The notes below the pieces were generated by a model. The model did no database searches. It worked only from the letters and a program-made list of their open reading frames with translations, and was not told the origin of the DNA. A stretch of 64,000 nucleotides of DNA from assembly GCA_905178155.1 (NCBI GenBank), contig CAJINV010000004.1:94969-158968 (forward strand), written 5' to 3'. The stretch is from Amoebophrya sp. A120 (taxonomy: Eukaryota > Protista > Dinoflagellata). Position numbers and translations under genes: made by a program. This document shows positions 24,101-36,200 of this stretch, piece by piece (position 1 is the stretch's first letter; each line of letters starts with the position of its first letter).

Positions 24101-27100
24101 AATCCCGGGTGCGCTCCTGACACCGTTTGCTACTGGCATCCCGCGGCGTTCCAAGCCCGCCCGCACAAGTTCGGCGACAACATGCAGAGCGTAGTTTCCT
24201 ACCCCTACGTGGACACAAACGATAATGCGGTGCCAGTTTCGCCGCCAAAATGGAGCGAACAAAGCGAAAGCGACAGCTCTGCGCATCAAGATGACACAGG
24301 AACTGCTTCTACTTCCGCGAACAAACAAGACGCCTTGAAGAAAATGGGATCTAGTGTCCCAGCTGAACTTGGCAAGAATGGCGAAAAAGTAAAAGGGTTT
24401 GTAGTGATAAAGGACTACGACCCCAGCAACGATCCCAGCCTTAGCTTCGAGCGCGCAGTATGCAAATATGAAGAAAACGAACAAGAAAAAGCGAGACCAC
24501 TGTTTCCAGGTGCGGGGCCCAACATCACGCCAATCAGGACCCGCGGGGACCTGGACTGGTTCCTGAACATTAAGCACAAGGAGAAACGCAAGACAAGCCA
24601 CAGTGGGCGAAAAAGAGGCAAGCCCGCCCACGATCTTACTGTGATAGAAGACTTGGATGCTTCTCCTGAGCAACAACCAAGCGTGGACGAGGACGACGCC
24701 AGATTCTCCAGTGCCCCGATAATCAAGGACGGAGATGCCGGCGACCTATTGGGGACGGAGAACGCAGAAGTGCGCCGCGAAGCTGGCACTAGTTCTACGA
24801 CGGAGAGAAACAACGACGCTCCTCTTCTTGACGCCTCGAAAATGGTGGAGGGGCGGGCTTTGCGGGAACAAAAGGAAAACCGAACGAAAGACGAGCACCT
24901 GGCAGAGGGCGAGAAGCCGCTACTGTATGTGCTGCTGGTGTCCAGCAAATTCTGCCAGGCCTGCACGCTGTTTCGCGAATTCTACTGCACCGCGAGCGTG
25001 CCGTACAACCGCCACCGCGTCAGCTTCGCGGAAGTGGACGTGGGGCGTTCTTACGGCCTGGCAGCCTCCCTAGTTGGAGAAAAACCACTTGTGCTTCCGA
25101 TGCTGTTGTACTTCGACCGGCACGGTACTCTGCTGGGGGACCATCGGAGCAGGCACCTCGCCATCACCACTGCCTCGGAATTCCGGGGCCAGTTGTCGGA
25201 CCAAATCCAGGAGGCCGAAGAGCGGGAGACCTTCGAGAAGGAGCAGGAGGCCAATGGCAAGTTGCCCCCCCGAAAGGTGGCGCACGACAGCGACGAGTCA
25301 GATAACGACGACGAATCGGCTCGCTTCGAAAGCGAGGGCCTGAGTGGACCCCCCGGCAACGCGGGGGCACGAGGGCCGACGCCGAGCGGAGGTCTCGGGC
25401 GGGCCACTCGCCCTACACCTGCGAAGCAGGCTTTTTTGGGTCCGAACGAGGAACTACAGCAGCCAGGACGGACAGAGGACACTGCAACAAGTGGACCAGG
25501 GGGCCAGCAACTGGGCCTGCGAGAGGCCGTTGCTCATGGAGAACCTCTTCCCCTGGCTACTTCGGGGGTTCCGAGCAGTTCCTCCTCATCTACGCCGGTT
25601 AACAGCAAAAATAGTGTGGCGGGTGCAGCGACTGGCACCGGCTCCACTGCGTCCAGCACAAATTCTGTTCGACCTCCACAAGGTGCTGCAGGGGCAGCAG
25701 GACGAGCAGCAGCTGCTGCAGGAGAAACAATGCAGCTCCCTAGTATGATAAGTCCGTCCAGCCCGACAACTCCGTCTCCGACATCACAGCCGGACGAGAA
25801 CCGCACGACAACAAAACCCGAAAAGAAAACCCTGTCGGGAGCCTTCCTTCGCAGCATCACCTCCTTGGTTCCCGCCCGGATCATGCGACGTTCGTCCACC
25901 TCGTCCGTTCGGGGAACACCGCGGACGTCCTCCCATCCAAGGCTCTTCCTCTCGCGATCCTCGTCTGGACGAGAAGAGAGTTGCGAGTCCGGTCCGGGTA
26001 TGATGGGCGGCAAGAAACCGGGTCGCGATAAGAAAAGTTCAGGATGTGCTTCTAAGTCCGCGAACACGGCGGGAAAGGGCTCCTCTGTACTGTTGGGCAC
26101 CTCGCAGAAAGTAGCCTGCCAGTTGACAAAAGGCATCGCGGGGGTAGACGCTTGTGACGGAGCCAACGCGTACAAAACCGTGACTACGATCCACCGGTTG
26201 CGAACCGAGGACCGCGAGGCGGCTGCGCAGTTTCTCGAAAGGCAGGTCGAGCAAAGGCTGCTGTCGAAAAAGCGGAGCACGGACGGGCCGGTCTCCGCAA
26301 AAGTTTTTTTGGAGCAGGACCTGGAGTCCTTTCGCATCGACGAGAACGGCGAGAGGCACGTGCGGACTGTTCTAGCATGCCCCCAAGCGTGTCCCGAGGG
26401 TAAAATGGAGGTAGACGAGGGCGCGGGAACAAACAGGGGCAGGCTCGTGTTCATCTCTCCGGGCACAACGGACGTTCCCGAAGCCGGGCCCGCCGACACG
26501 CCCTGTCTGCGGAGAGAAACCTGGGCCAACTGCGTGCATGTTCTGTTTGCCGAAAATGTCTACCGCAAAGCTCTCCAGCTGCTGCTGACGTCACTCGATC
26601 ACGATTCGTTGCGCAAAAATGCACTTTCGGCCGTCGACAAGCGGCAGATACTGATGGCGAAAGTGCAGTTGCTGGAACGTCAGTGCCGCAACAAGGGAGC
26701 GGAGAAGAAGAAGGGGAAGTGTGGAAACAAAAAGAAAACAAACAAGAAGGGCACCACGGTGACGCTTGCCCGCAACTTTGAAAACAACAACGATGACGAG
26801 GGCGTCGACTCTACGGAAACAGAGGGCGCGGAGGAGAAAAAGAAAAAGGAGAAGAAGCCGCCGTACGCGTTTAGCGGAACCATCCGTCGCACCCTGGAAA
26901 CGCAAATCAAAGACAGTCAGATTCACGTCTATGGCGGCAACCGGTCCTCGTTCCTGGCGTCGCAGATGCGCGACCGCGGCTTAGACGCTCGGCAGGCAAA
27001 GACTCGCCGCGTGTACGCAGATCAGCTATTGCGCGACATCTGGCCGGGCCTGAATGCGAACCACGAACCGGAAGTGCCAGGGGAAACATCACCGGACGCC

Positions 27101-27763
27101 GACGGTAGTACCGGGGAGCGAGCAAGCTGCTGCCCGGACGGAGCTGCTTCCAGCAGCGACCGCTTCAAGCCAGCCACGTTGAGTTCGGAACAGGAGGAAC
27201 AAAAGAAAGCCTTGCTGAAGGAAAAGTTCATGGTGCTGCCCGTCATGCATCCGGATGGGCGGTGCGGACGCCCCATAGCCGTCATCGATGTTGTCGAAAA
27301 ACGCCGCGCCGTAGCCTGCCAAGTCGAGTGGTTCGCTCGCATCTACAACCACATCGGGAAGTCGAGAAGCTCGATGTACGTGATGCTGTGTGAGCACCGG
27401 CACACCACTGACCTGGCGAACCAGATCGGGGATATCTTGAGCTGGGAACGCGAGATCTTTGACGGCGCACGCGGGGACTACAGGTTGCTGTGCATGCGCC
27501 CGCCCCCGGCGCCACTGGGTGACGTCATGCTTCGCGAACGGCTTACGGACATCATTTCCATCTGCTTCTGCCTCGATCGCGACCCCCAGGACCAGGCCAA
27601 AGCGATCCAGGAACATTGTGAGGAAGTAGACGAGGACGACGATGACGACGACGACGACCCGTCTCCCCCCGCCACGAGAGACGAGAACGACAAAGAATCT
27701 GGAGGCACCGCTGGGGAAGCATCGCCGGCGCAAGATCGACAAGCAAGTACTTACTTCTTTTAA
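21108..27763 (+). CDS. Large GAF-domain protein with a thioredoxin-like CxxC domain
   Basis: Spliced GAF: IEEITKVCQEIFRVPMVLVSIVESERQWFKSAIGLGCADTARE(V/A)SFCAHTLLMDCPEVLYVPDATQDRRFCYNPLVRNDPKLRLYCGCPIIVEGVRLGALCILD; Trx-like LLVSSKFCQAC...VSFAEVDV...LPMLLYF at about 24920-25140; four elements removed; start codon tentative. Confidence 0.85.
21267..21625. mobile_element. Aged family A element
   Basis: tattcattgcaaatatgttt...aaacatgtttgcaaatgata; DR cccgg/cctgt; frame restored. Confidence 0.75.
21921..22209. mobile_element. Introner-like element, family A (stop-free in the host frame)
   Basis: tatgcattgcaaatatgtctgggtctgg...ccggacccagacaaatttgcatttgata; DR acttc/acttc. Confidence 0.9.
22572..22883. 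mobile_element. Introner-like element, family C/E, in the GAF domain
   Basis: tattacaatgaaaaatgcccccaccc...gggtagggggtacttttcactgtaata; DR gaggt/gaggc. Confidence 0.88.
22960..23244. mobile_element. Introner-like element, family A, in the GAF domain
   Basis: tatcaaatgcaaaagtgtctgggtctg...cagacccagacatatttgcaatccata; DR ggacc/ggacc; joins DATQD|RRFCYNPLV. Confidence 0.93.
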
Positions 27764-28283
27764 GCACAACTACAACTAGCCTTCTGAGCAGTAGCTACTA
27801 CGTGCATGTATTTGTACTACTTATCTATCTCCAGCCTGCTTCGATAATATGCGGCTGTTTCGTCGGATGTGCCTCGCGGGACCAAACAGTAGGCCTGAGA
27901 GCATTTGTTCCGTCGGAGCTCTGCTTTGAGCAAGAACCCTGAGGACCACACCTCTGACCCACTTTGTTGTTGAAGTAGAGGCTGCATCAATTTTTTGCTG
28001 CTACAACCAAGGCAGGGACAACAGCATGTTGGAGTTGGACTGATGAAAGTACTATGAAAGATCATAAACAACTGGAACAAGAAGAAGTGTGACTACATTC
28101 ACCAGGGCGCCGCCGCATTGGTGAGGGTGATAACGACGACAACGACGACACCATGCAAGCTTATCGCAGCAAAATCTGGAGCAGGACCAAACAGTAACAC
28201 ATTTGATTTAAGTACAAATGCATGACGAAGTGATGCCAGTCCCAGTTTCGGCTTTGCATCTTCTTACTTGTTGTAGCTCATGA

Positions 28284-28802
28284 AGAATCAATGCAGATGA
28301 TGAGCGCGGAGATCGTGCTTTCTTCTTTTTCGAGTCGGACCGACGTGCAGATAACTTCGATGTCGATCAAAGAAGAGGTATCATACTTGATGTCAAAATT
28401 ATCTGCAGACCAATTGACTGGTGTTGTGTTCTCTCCCAAATTTTTTGTGGCGATACTCGGCAGAGCCCTGACCATGGAGGTGTCAGGCAACGTCAGGCGG
28501 CGCAAGAAGAGCCGCTTTCCGAGGGGGCGAAATGCAGTGATGTTGACGCCGAGCTGCTGGCCCAGGAACTCGAGACGAAACTGCGGCTAGAGCCTACCCC
28601 CGAAACGAGCCAAGTTGGGGTCCAGCAAACTGTGCGAGGTGATCTCACAAGCGCAAACCTGAAGCTTCTAGGCAACAGCTTCGGCCACCCGAAGATGCGG
28701 AACTTCCTCTCCGGCGTTGATGCTGCAGACAGTGAGGACAATGACGAACGGTCTTATATCCCAGCGAAAAACATGAAAGAAACTACCGTGCCACATTTGT
28801 AA
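28284..28802 (+). CDS. Possible terminal exon of an unknown gene
   Basis: Stop-free frame of about 170 codons (...DVDAELLAQELETKLRLEP...NFLSGVDAADSEDNDERSYIP...); no family recognised. Confidence 0.3.
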   Translation, partial: RINADDERGDRAFFFFESDRRADNFDVDQRRGIILDVKIICRPIDWCCVLSQIFCGDTRQSPDHGGVRQRQAAQEEPLSEGAKCSDVDAELLAQELETKLRLEPTPETSQVGVQQTVRGDLTSANLKLLGNSFGHPKMRNFLSGVDAADSEDNDERSYIPAKNMKETTVPHL

Positions 28803-29110
28803 CTACACGAAAAAGAACATCAAATAGTACGCATAACAAAATCTTCATCTTTGCCCGTGCATCCCTAGAAGTGTTCTTGGAGATAAGTACAGCACGCTAG
28901 CTCTTTTTTTCCAGTGGGATGTCTTTCGCGTCGTTCAGGGATATTCCGGATAACAATGGGATGGGAACTGCTATCAAACTGAAGACCTTCTTTCCTCCCG
29001 ACTCAGAAATAAATGTTTGTATTGCAGCTACGCCAACGAATACTACTGGTTCTTTGTGGCCACCTTGTACTATGTATCATTATCGCACTCACAATGTCGC
29101 TTCTGCGCGG

Positions 29111-30315
29111 CCTGCATTGTGGGAACGATTGAAAAAGGCACAATCGACGCAGTTCTTGTTTGGTCATCTGGTAACCAAAGCGTGCCCTTGCGCTCGCAAG
29201 AGCGCTCTTTGCGAGATGCCCATCCATCGCAAACGCAGCGCGAAGGCTTTGCCGTTGCCATATGGGAGGATCTCGAGGGTATGCAACCACTCGCAAAATC
29301 GGGCAACTCCAATGCGGTTTTGCCGCCAGAGGGTGGATTTCGGACAAGTTGGCTCATTTTTTGAAAAAGTAAAAAAAGATGCGCAGTCAGATCGGGGAGA
29401 AGGGTAAAAAAAGGACTTTTTCGGCTCCGCCCGATCTGATTCCGAAGAAAGAAGCCCGATGATTGGGCTGCGCGCGATGCTGTGGCGCGTTTGGTAGCAG
29501 AAAACGCGTCACCTCCGGGCCGCCGCGGCCGATCTGCATCCAAAAAAAGAGAACAAAAAAAAGCGCACTTTTTTGCAGAATATAATGGGCCCAAAAAATC
29601 GACCGATTTTCTGCAGTGCCCAAAAGCCGATAAGCATCCGAAAAACGGTTTTTTTTGCAAAATAGAAGACCCGATCTGAAATGGCCGGCAAAAGAAGGCT
29701 TTCAAATTTGTCCGAGGTCCCGCGCCATCGGGATTGGAGGAGAAAAAATGGTACTCAGATCCTGCGGAGGCGTGTCCACACCCCACGGCTTTCGACCTCT
29801 GTGAGGGTCACAATTCGAAGCCCTCTTTCCGATTGGAAATGGTCGATTTGGGCGGCCCAAAAGGGCTGCCGGAAATGAAGAAAATTGTGTAACTTTTTGA
29901 AGTTTGTGCATTTTACCTGGCCAGCGTGCCTTCGTGTAAGTATAACGCTACGCGCGACGGCGTAGTGGCCTGCAGAAAAGGCTACTTTTTTCAACGGGCA
30001 TCGAAAGGATGCCCCGATGCGAAATAGCCGGGCTTCGCCTTCAATGCTTATCGCACGCAGGAGCCTGCGGGCCGCCGCGGGCGACAGTAGTTGTCCGCGG
30101 CCCTTTAGGGTCGCGGGGAAGTGGTGGAGCGATAAGCTTTGAAGGCGAATCCGGAAGCCCCCGATGACCCGAACAGGTCAGGGCCAGGGGTCAGCTCGAA
30201 CAAGGCTGGCGGGCCTTCGCGCTGGCTAGATGTTCGCGCACGCTTTTGGTTACCTGCATTGTGGGAACGATTGAAAAAGGCACAATCGACGCAGTTCTTG
30301 ATCTTGTTTGGTCAT
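29111..30315. mobile_element. 1085-bp insert with short TIRs, flanked by ~57-bp direct repeats
   Basis: cctgcattgtgggaacgattgaaaaaggcacaatcgacgcagttcttg..tttggtcat at 29111 and 30253; insert ends ggtaaccaaagcgtgc / gcacgcttttggttacc. Confidence 0.85.
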
Positions 30316-30729
30316 ATTAACGTCGATATTGAACCAGAGCAGAGAAAACACCACAACGATAGTACTTGTCTTCAGGCCAAAGTTGCAGGACGCGGCTCCT
30401 AGTTAGTAGGGCCCGAAACGAAAGCTCTTCTTTGCCTTCGCTTGCTACTCTGCAGCAGACTGTGCTGGCCGACGCAACCCCTGTGTCGTTGTCTTTGTAG
30501 CTGCGGTCGGTTATTTAACTCCAAGGTGTGATCACGGTCATGTGAAGCCAATCCTATCACGCAGCGCAACGCGACCTCAGTATGATGGAATAGCACTTCC
30601 AATTCATGTTGCACCCCTGAATGAAATAAGCAAAAATCTTCCGAATCACTGGAACAACAAGAAACACGCACGCTGCGCCTTTCTGCTGTCGGGGGGTGGT
30701 TGTCACTTTGATACACGGCACTTCGGGTT

Positions 30730-31042
30730 TATGGAAGCGTCAGAATTGAAATCGTCAAAGTTGAAATAGTTTGCGATGCATAAAATGCTAGACGCAAAGT
30801 CAAAGTGCCTGTCTTGCAGAGCAGCCAACTGAGGCCGATTATAATCCTGTTTGGGGTGTGAGACAGAGCTGCTAAAATAGCATGACAAAAGCTGTTTCCT
30901 CTGCCCAAACAGAATGACAAATTGGATTTCCATGCTGCCAAAATTTGTCATGCGCCACTTGCAAACTGGGCTCCAGCTGGTATCGCTTTTTTGCATTACA
31001 GATTATTTCAACTTTGACGATTTCGATCCTGACATCCCCATA
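30730..31042. mobile_element. Introner-like element, family H
   Basis: tatggaagcgtcagaattgaaatcgtcaaagttgaaata...tatttcaactttgacgatttcgatcctgacatccccata; DR gggtt/tggta; homologous to 33523 and 44165. Confidence 0.85.
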
Positions 31043-31131
31043 TGGTACGGAAAGCAGTGAATCGGCTTCCAGTGGAGAACAGCAGTTTCAAGTGGTACTC
31101 AAGGAAAAAAAATTTGCTAGTGTATGTCTGT

Positions 31132-31271
31132 CATGAACTGCAAAAGTATCGTACTCGTATAAATGCATTACAAATTTCCTCAGCATGATGAAAAATAATG
31201 CGGATTTACCTTAAGAAAAAGATGTAATGCAGGATTGCAATAGTACGAGTGCGGTACTTTTGCACAGGATA
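31132..31271. mobile_element. Family B element with a CAT (mutated) left end
   Basis: catgaactgcaaaagtatcgtactcgta...tacgagtgcggtacttttgcacaggata; DR tctgt/tctgt. Confidence 0.88.
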
Positions 31272-33232
31272 TCTGTGAAGATGCAGAAAATGCAGGCGAG
31301 TTTGTTACAATGTTGCCAAACCAGCAGAGCCACGAAATCAAATCACGACAGTCATCTTTTCACAGCACTGTGTGTCCTCGTGACGCAAAACAATGTTGTC
31401 ATGCTGTCAGCCCAAGAAAGTTATTTTACCACACTAGCACTGTTTTTTTTTTTGGATAAGGAGAGCTGCTTGCGCACTGTTTCAACCTGGAACGCCCGGG
31501 AGGGTGAGGGGCACCGGGAAAATCTCACAAAGAAACAGCTTTGAGGCTGAGCTATAGCGCTTTTCGATTTTCCCTCTTGTCTCCTTCAGATTTTGCTTGA
31601 TTTTGTTCACTAGCTTTTACTATATAAATATTATGTCTATATTCTACATGTACTTTTTACATGAAGATGGATCTGACTTCTGGCAATACAGCCCGATCTA
31701 TTTTTTGCGGTATATTACCTATGTATCATCGATATTGTTTAGTAAAACGCACTTGAAGTACTACTTACCGAATTCCTAATGGGGTGAGATATTAACATGC
31801 CGCTGCAGGAGCGCTTTGTTTTGCTTTTTCAACTATAATTTGGTCAGTAATTCAGATTTACTATTCTCCATATTAATATGTTGTTCCGGTAGGGCCAGTA
31901 GAGTGGGCTCCACGGAACAAGAGGCGGTATGTAAAAATCCAGTACATTATAGTTAGTTTCAGTGAAGCTAAACGTTAGTGATTATTCTTGCGCTCGCCTT
32001 ATTCAGCAGTCTCGAGCGATTAATTCAATAATTCGGAGGCCCACTAAATGATTACACATTTACATCCGACACGTGGTTGCGTGTGGTTTCGACGAAGCCT
32101 CAGACGATCATTTTTACCCTTTTCCTTTTTTATCGATGATTACTTCGCCTTTTCTATCATATAGTAGTACCTCTTCATCTTCATTCCCAGCCACAGCAGC
32201 ATGCAACCCGCCTACCTGGTGGAGAGAAGTAACGCGCGGCGCCACAGTTTTTTTCTGCGAACTTTGATCTGATCTGAGCGATCGCGTGCTGGTTCTCACT
32301 GAAGATATTGTGAAGACAAGTACACATACGTGACCAGTGAGAACGTGGCTGGGCGCTTCAGTGTTGAGTGTGGCAGCAACAACTTTAATTATTGGTGAAG
32401 AGCTGACGCGTGACTTAGTTCGTAGTTTTCTTGTGAAGAATGCGAACTTTCCATAACCATACTCATTGATCCAGTAGTTGTAGAGTGTGTAGTTGTACTT
32501 CTAGGCATTTTCATGAACGCAAAAAGGAGCGTCAATCTATGAGAGCGACTGCGTAAATTAGTCTGATAAATTTTACAAAAAAGAGGCACTTTTTTGAGTA
32601 TTGTTATAATCTATCTCGTTTGATGAATATGCCTGCTTAATTTGATTTTGTGTTTATTCTTTGTGTTAAAGCCTTTTCTCCTTCTGCTTTGATATCGCGA
32701 CAAGGAAAAGGAATGACCACAGGAAATTAAGAATTTCTGCGAAAATACAAAAAAACGATCGAGGCGCTTTGCGTTTTTTTGGGAACATGCCACATATATC
32801 ACTGCTCGACTTTCTTTCTCTGTTTGCGAAAATGTCAAAATCAACGCATAATGATACACAATGGAATGGATGACTCCAATCTTCATGGAGACATGACAGG
32901 AGCAGTCTGGTGTGACGCAATCAATCAGTTGTTTCAGTTGTGTCAGTCGTCATGGCAAATCACAAACATCATCCCTCCGCCCTTAGAAGAACATGTGTTA
33001 CGTATTGATTCGGTTCTGGGAGTGAATCAAAGTCGATCGAATAATATCAAGGCGTAAGAAAGGTCACCGGGGTTCTGTAATGTAAGGATAAGAACAAGCA
33101 CCAGATTAATCATGAAAAAACAAAAAAGATTCATAATTAAGAAAAAATTAGATCGATTTAAGATAAAACTAGATGTCGAATCAAGAAAAAAAGTTATGAT
33201 ATCATTCTCGAAATAAAATTCCGTGTTGAATT

Positions 33233-36200
33233 ATGATTCCGAAAGTGGTTTTTGTCGTCGTCCGTTGCTCTGAAGACATTTCCTGGCTGCGCGAGCTCGT
33301 GCCTCTATTTTCTTCTTCTGAAGGAGCGCCGCCTGCTGCGGCACAGCAGCAGGAGGTCGTGCACGGGAAGTCGTCGAGGAACTACAAGTGCCAGGAGGCT
33401 AATTTTTATACTTCATCGGGGCCTCGCAGCTCCTGCCAACACGACGATCTTCTGGACCGTCAAGAGAACCAAGGCGAGAACACTACGCAAAATGAAACTA
33501 GTAGAACAACACCGCCTGAAGATATGTTGGAACCGTCAGGATTGAAATCGTCAAAGTTGAAACAATTTCTCATGCAGAAATGGCAAGGGGTGAAATTGTG
33601 TCGCTCTTGCAGGGATGGCAACTGAGGCCGGCTGTAAGCCTGTTTCTTTTGGGTCGTCTGCGATAGAGCTGCTAAAGTAGCATGACAAAAGACGCCTTTT
33701 GTCCCTAAACAGCATGACAAACTGGATTTAGACGGTGCCGAAATTTGTCATGCACCGCTTAGAAATTGGGCTTCCAACTGGTATCGATTTTATGCATTAC
33801 ACTTTGTCGATTTCAAACCTGACACTCCCATACCTGATGTGGTGGACGTATGGCCCACCATCACGACGGGGGAGGACGAGGATCTTCCAACGGAGGGATC
33901 AAAAACACGACGACGAGATGAAAGAACGAATGGTCGTCTGCACAAAAATATGCATCGCAAATGTTTCTGGGTCTGGAAAAATGCAAATTTGTCATGCGTG
34001 TCTCACATGACAGTTGAATCTGTAATGCACGAGCAGGAAAAAAGGCTCACCTTGCCGGTCATGCAAAAGTGCAGTTTGCCATGCGGAAAGCGAAGCACAA
34101 AGGAGCGGCCCACAAACTTGTCATGCGAGGCAGCGTATTGCAATAGATTATAGATACGCCCACCATTTTTAGCAAACTAACATCACAAGTTTCCAGACCC
34201 AGACACATTGATTTGCATTTGATAAAAAACCAAGCGAAGGTGTGAGTTCGTGTGGCCTTGTTGTTGTGGAGAAGTGCGGGCGAGGTGGGGAAGGGGCTAT
34301 CAAAAGGAAGCATCCCCTCTCCCCATATCAAAACGAGACTTGTGATGCTAGATTTCCGTACACAAATCAGATTTGTCTTGCAGTAGAGGACTGAGGCGAG
34401 AGGTTTTGCTTGGTGTTGTAGGCACCTAGCATGGCAAATGTCTACGCTGTAAGCCCAACAGCATCACAAACAGCCTACAGAATGCGGTGGAATCTGTGGA
34501 CTTGCCTTCTCGCAAGACAGACGGGATCTGCGGCCACAATTCTGCATCGCAAATTTTCAGACGGATGCGTTTTCGATATGGGGAGGTGCAATTTTTCCTC
34601 ACAATAGGGGCCGAACCGGTAGCAGGACCACCAGGAGCACAAGAACCAGGTAGAAGATCTTCCCGCCAGAGAATAAATTACGCGTCAAGTACTAGAAGAG
34701 GTGGTGATAAAAAGCCACCAGCTGCGTCGATCGTCGTCGCTCCGCACTGCCGCCTGGAGTTTGACGATCGCAACCTGTCTCACAGCACGGACGAGGCAAG
34801 CGGGTACCTGACCTACATTCTCCAAGCGTGGCCCCAATTTCCGGAGTGGGTGGCTTTTCTGCAAGCGCGAGAGCCGAAGCGGGGCGACTCCCTGGGCGTG
34901 GGCTACACTTCCAGGCTAGAGCACCTTTTGAAGCGATTTGGGAGCATCCGTTTTTTGGGGTCAGCGGCCTCAGCTGCGCGGCCTCCACCTTCGCTGCATG
35001 AGCGGAAGCAGACTGCTGGAGAGGAGGAAGCCGAAGCTGAAGCTCAAGCTGAAAAAAGAACTACTCGCGAGGAGGAGGTGGACCAGCACTTTGATAAAAA
35101 TTCAACTTCGACGTTTTCCTACCTGCCACTCACGATGTTCTACCAGACTGCCTCCTTCTTTATGCCTTGTACATTTAAAGAAGTTCTTCAAGTTGTACGG
35201 CGCGCACTAGTTCTTGTACTATGGAACGCATCACAAATAATTTGTTCAGCGGAGAGGAAATATAATCAACTTTGTCATGCTGCCGCTGGTGCTGCTGGAC
35301 AATTGATACAACGAAGAGTGCGGTACTTTGCGCAGGTGGATATTCTTTCGCAAACGGCAGTTTCCTGGCTGGTGTTGGAATTTGGCGCAGCAGATCTGTC
35401 GCGAGTTCGCAGTTCAAAATTTCTCGTCGCCGTTGTCCACGACTATTGCGTCATCTACAACGTTTTCTAGTACAACTTCAAAGGTCGTTGGCATCAAGGG
35501 TCGTGCTGAAAGAGAAGTTGACATCAAGGGTCGTGCAACATCTGATGAAAGAGAAGTAGAAATACCAATACCTCCAAGACGTCGAACAAGCTACTTCCCA
35601 AGACCGGTCTCGTCAGAAGTAGATGTTGGCGTTGCTCTTGCACCACCAGAGAACAGGGTGGATCTTCACCTAGAACTACAGCACGACGACCGCGAGGGGG
35701 AGCCTTATCGTGAGGAAAAATCCCCCCTCCCCTTATTGAAAGCGCATCCATCTGAAAATTTGTGATGCAGATTTGTGACCACAAATCGCGTCTTTCTTGC
35801 AAGAAGGCAAGTCCAGGCTGCCCGGCACGTTATGCGGGCGATTTGTAATGCTGCAGGGCCTACAGGGCAGCCGTCTACCATGCTAGGCGCCTACGCCAAA
35901 AGGTCCCTACCTAGGCTTGCGAGCTGCGTGCAGTGCTCTACTGCAACACAGATTTGATTTGTGTACTGCGATACAGCATCACAAATTTCGTTTTCGATAT
36001 GGGGTGGGGGCTTTTTTCACTTTGATAAGCCTTGTCCCGAGTTTTCCGTCGCCGATTACGCAGGGGCCCAGTTTGCGGTGTATCAAATGTAAAAATGTCT
36101 GGGTCTGGAAGAATGCGACTTGTAATGCTGAATCTGAAGCATGCAAAAATCTGTGTTGCATGATTACCAAAAGTCGTCCAGTTTTGACCAAGTCTGGCGC

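Noticed and set aside
23299-27769. Long minus-strand ORFs opposite the GAF gene
   Set aside because: Antisense shadows of a GC-rich coding exon.
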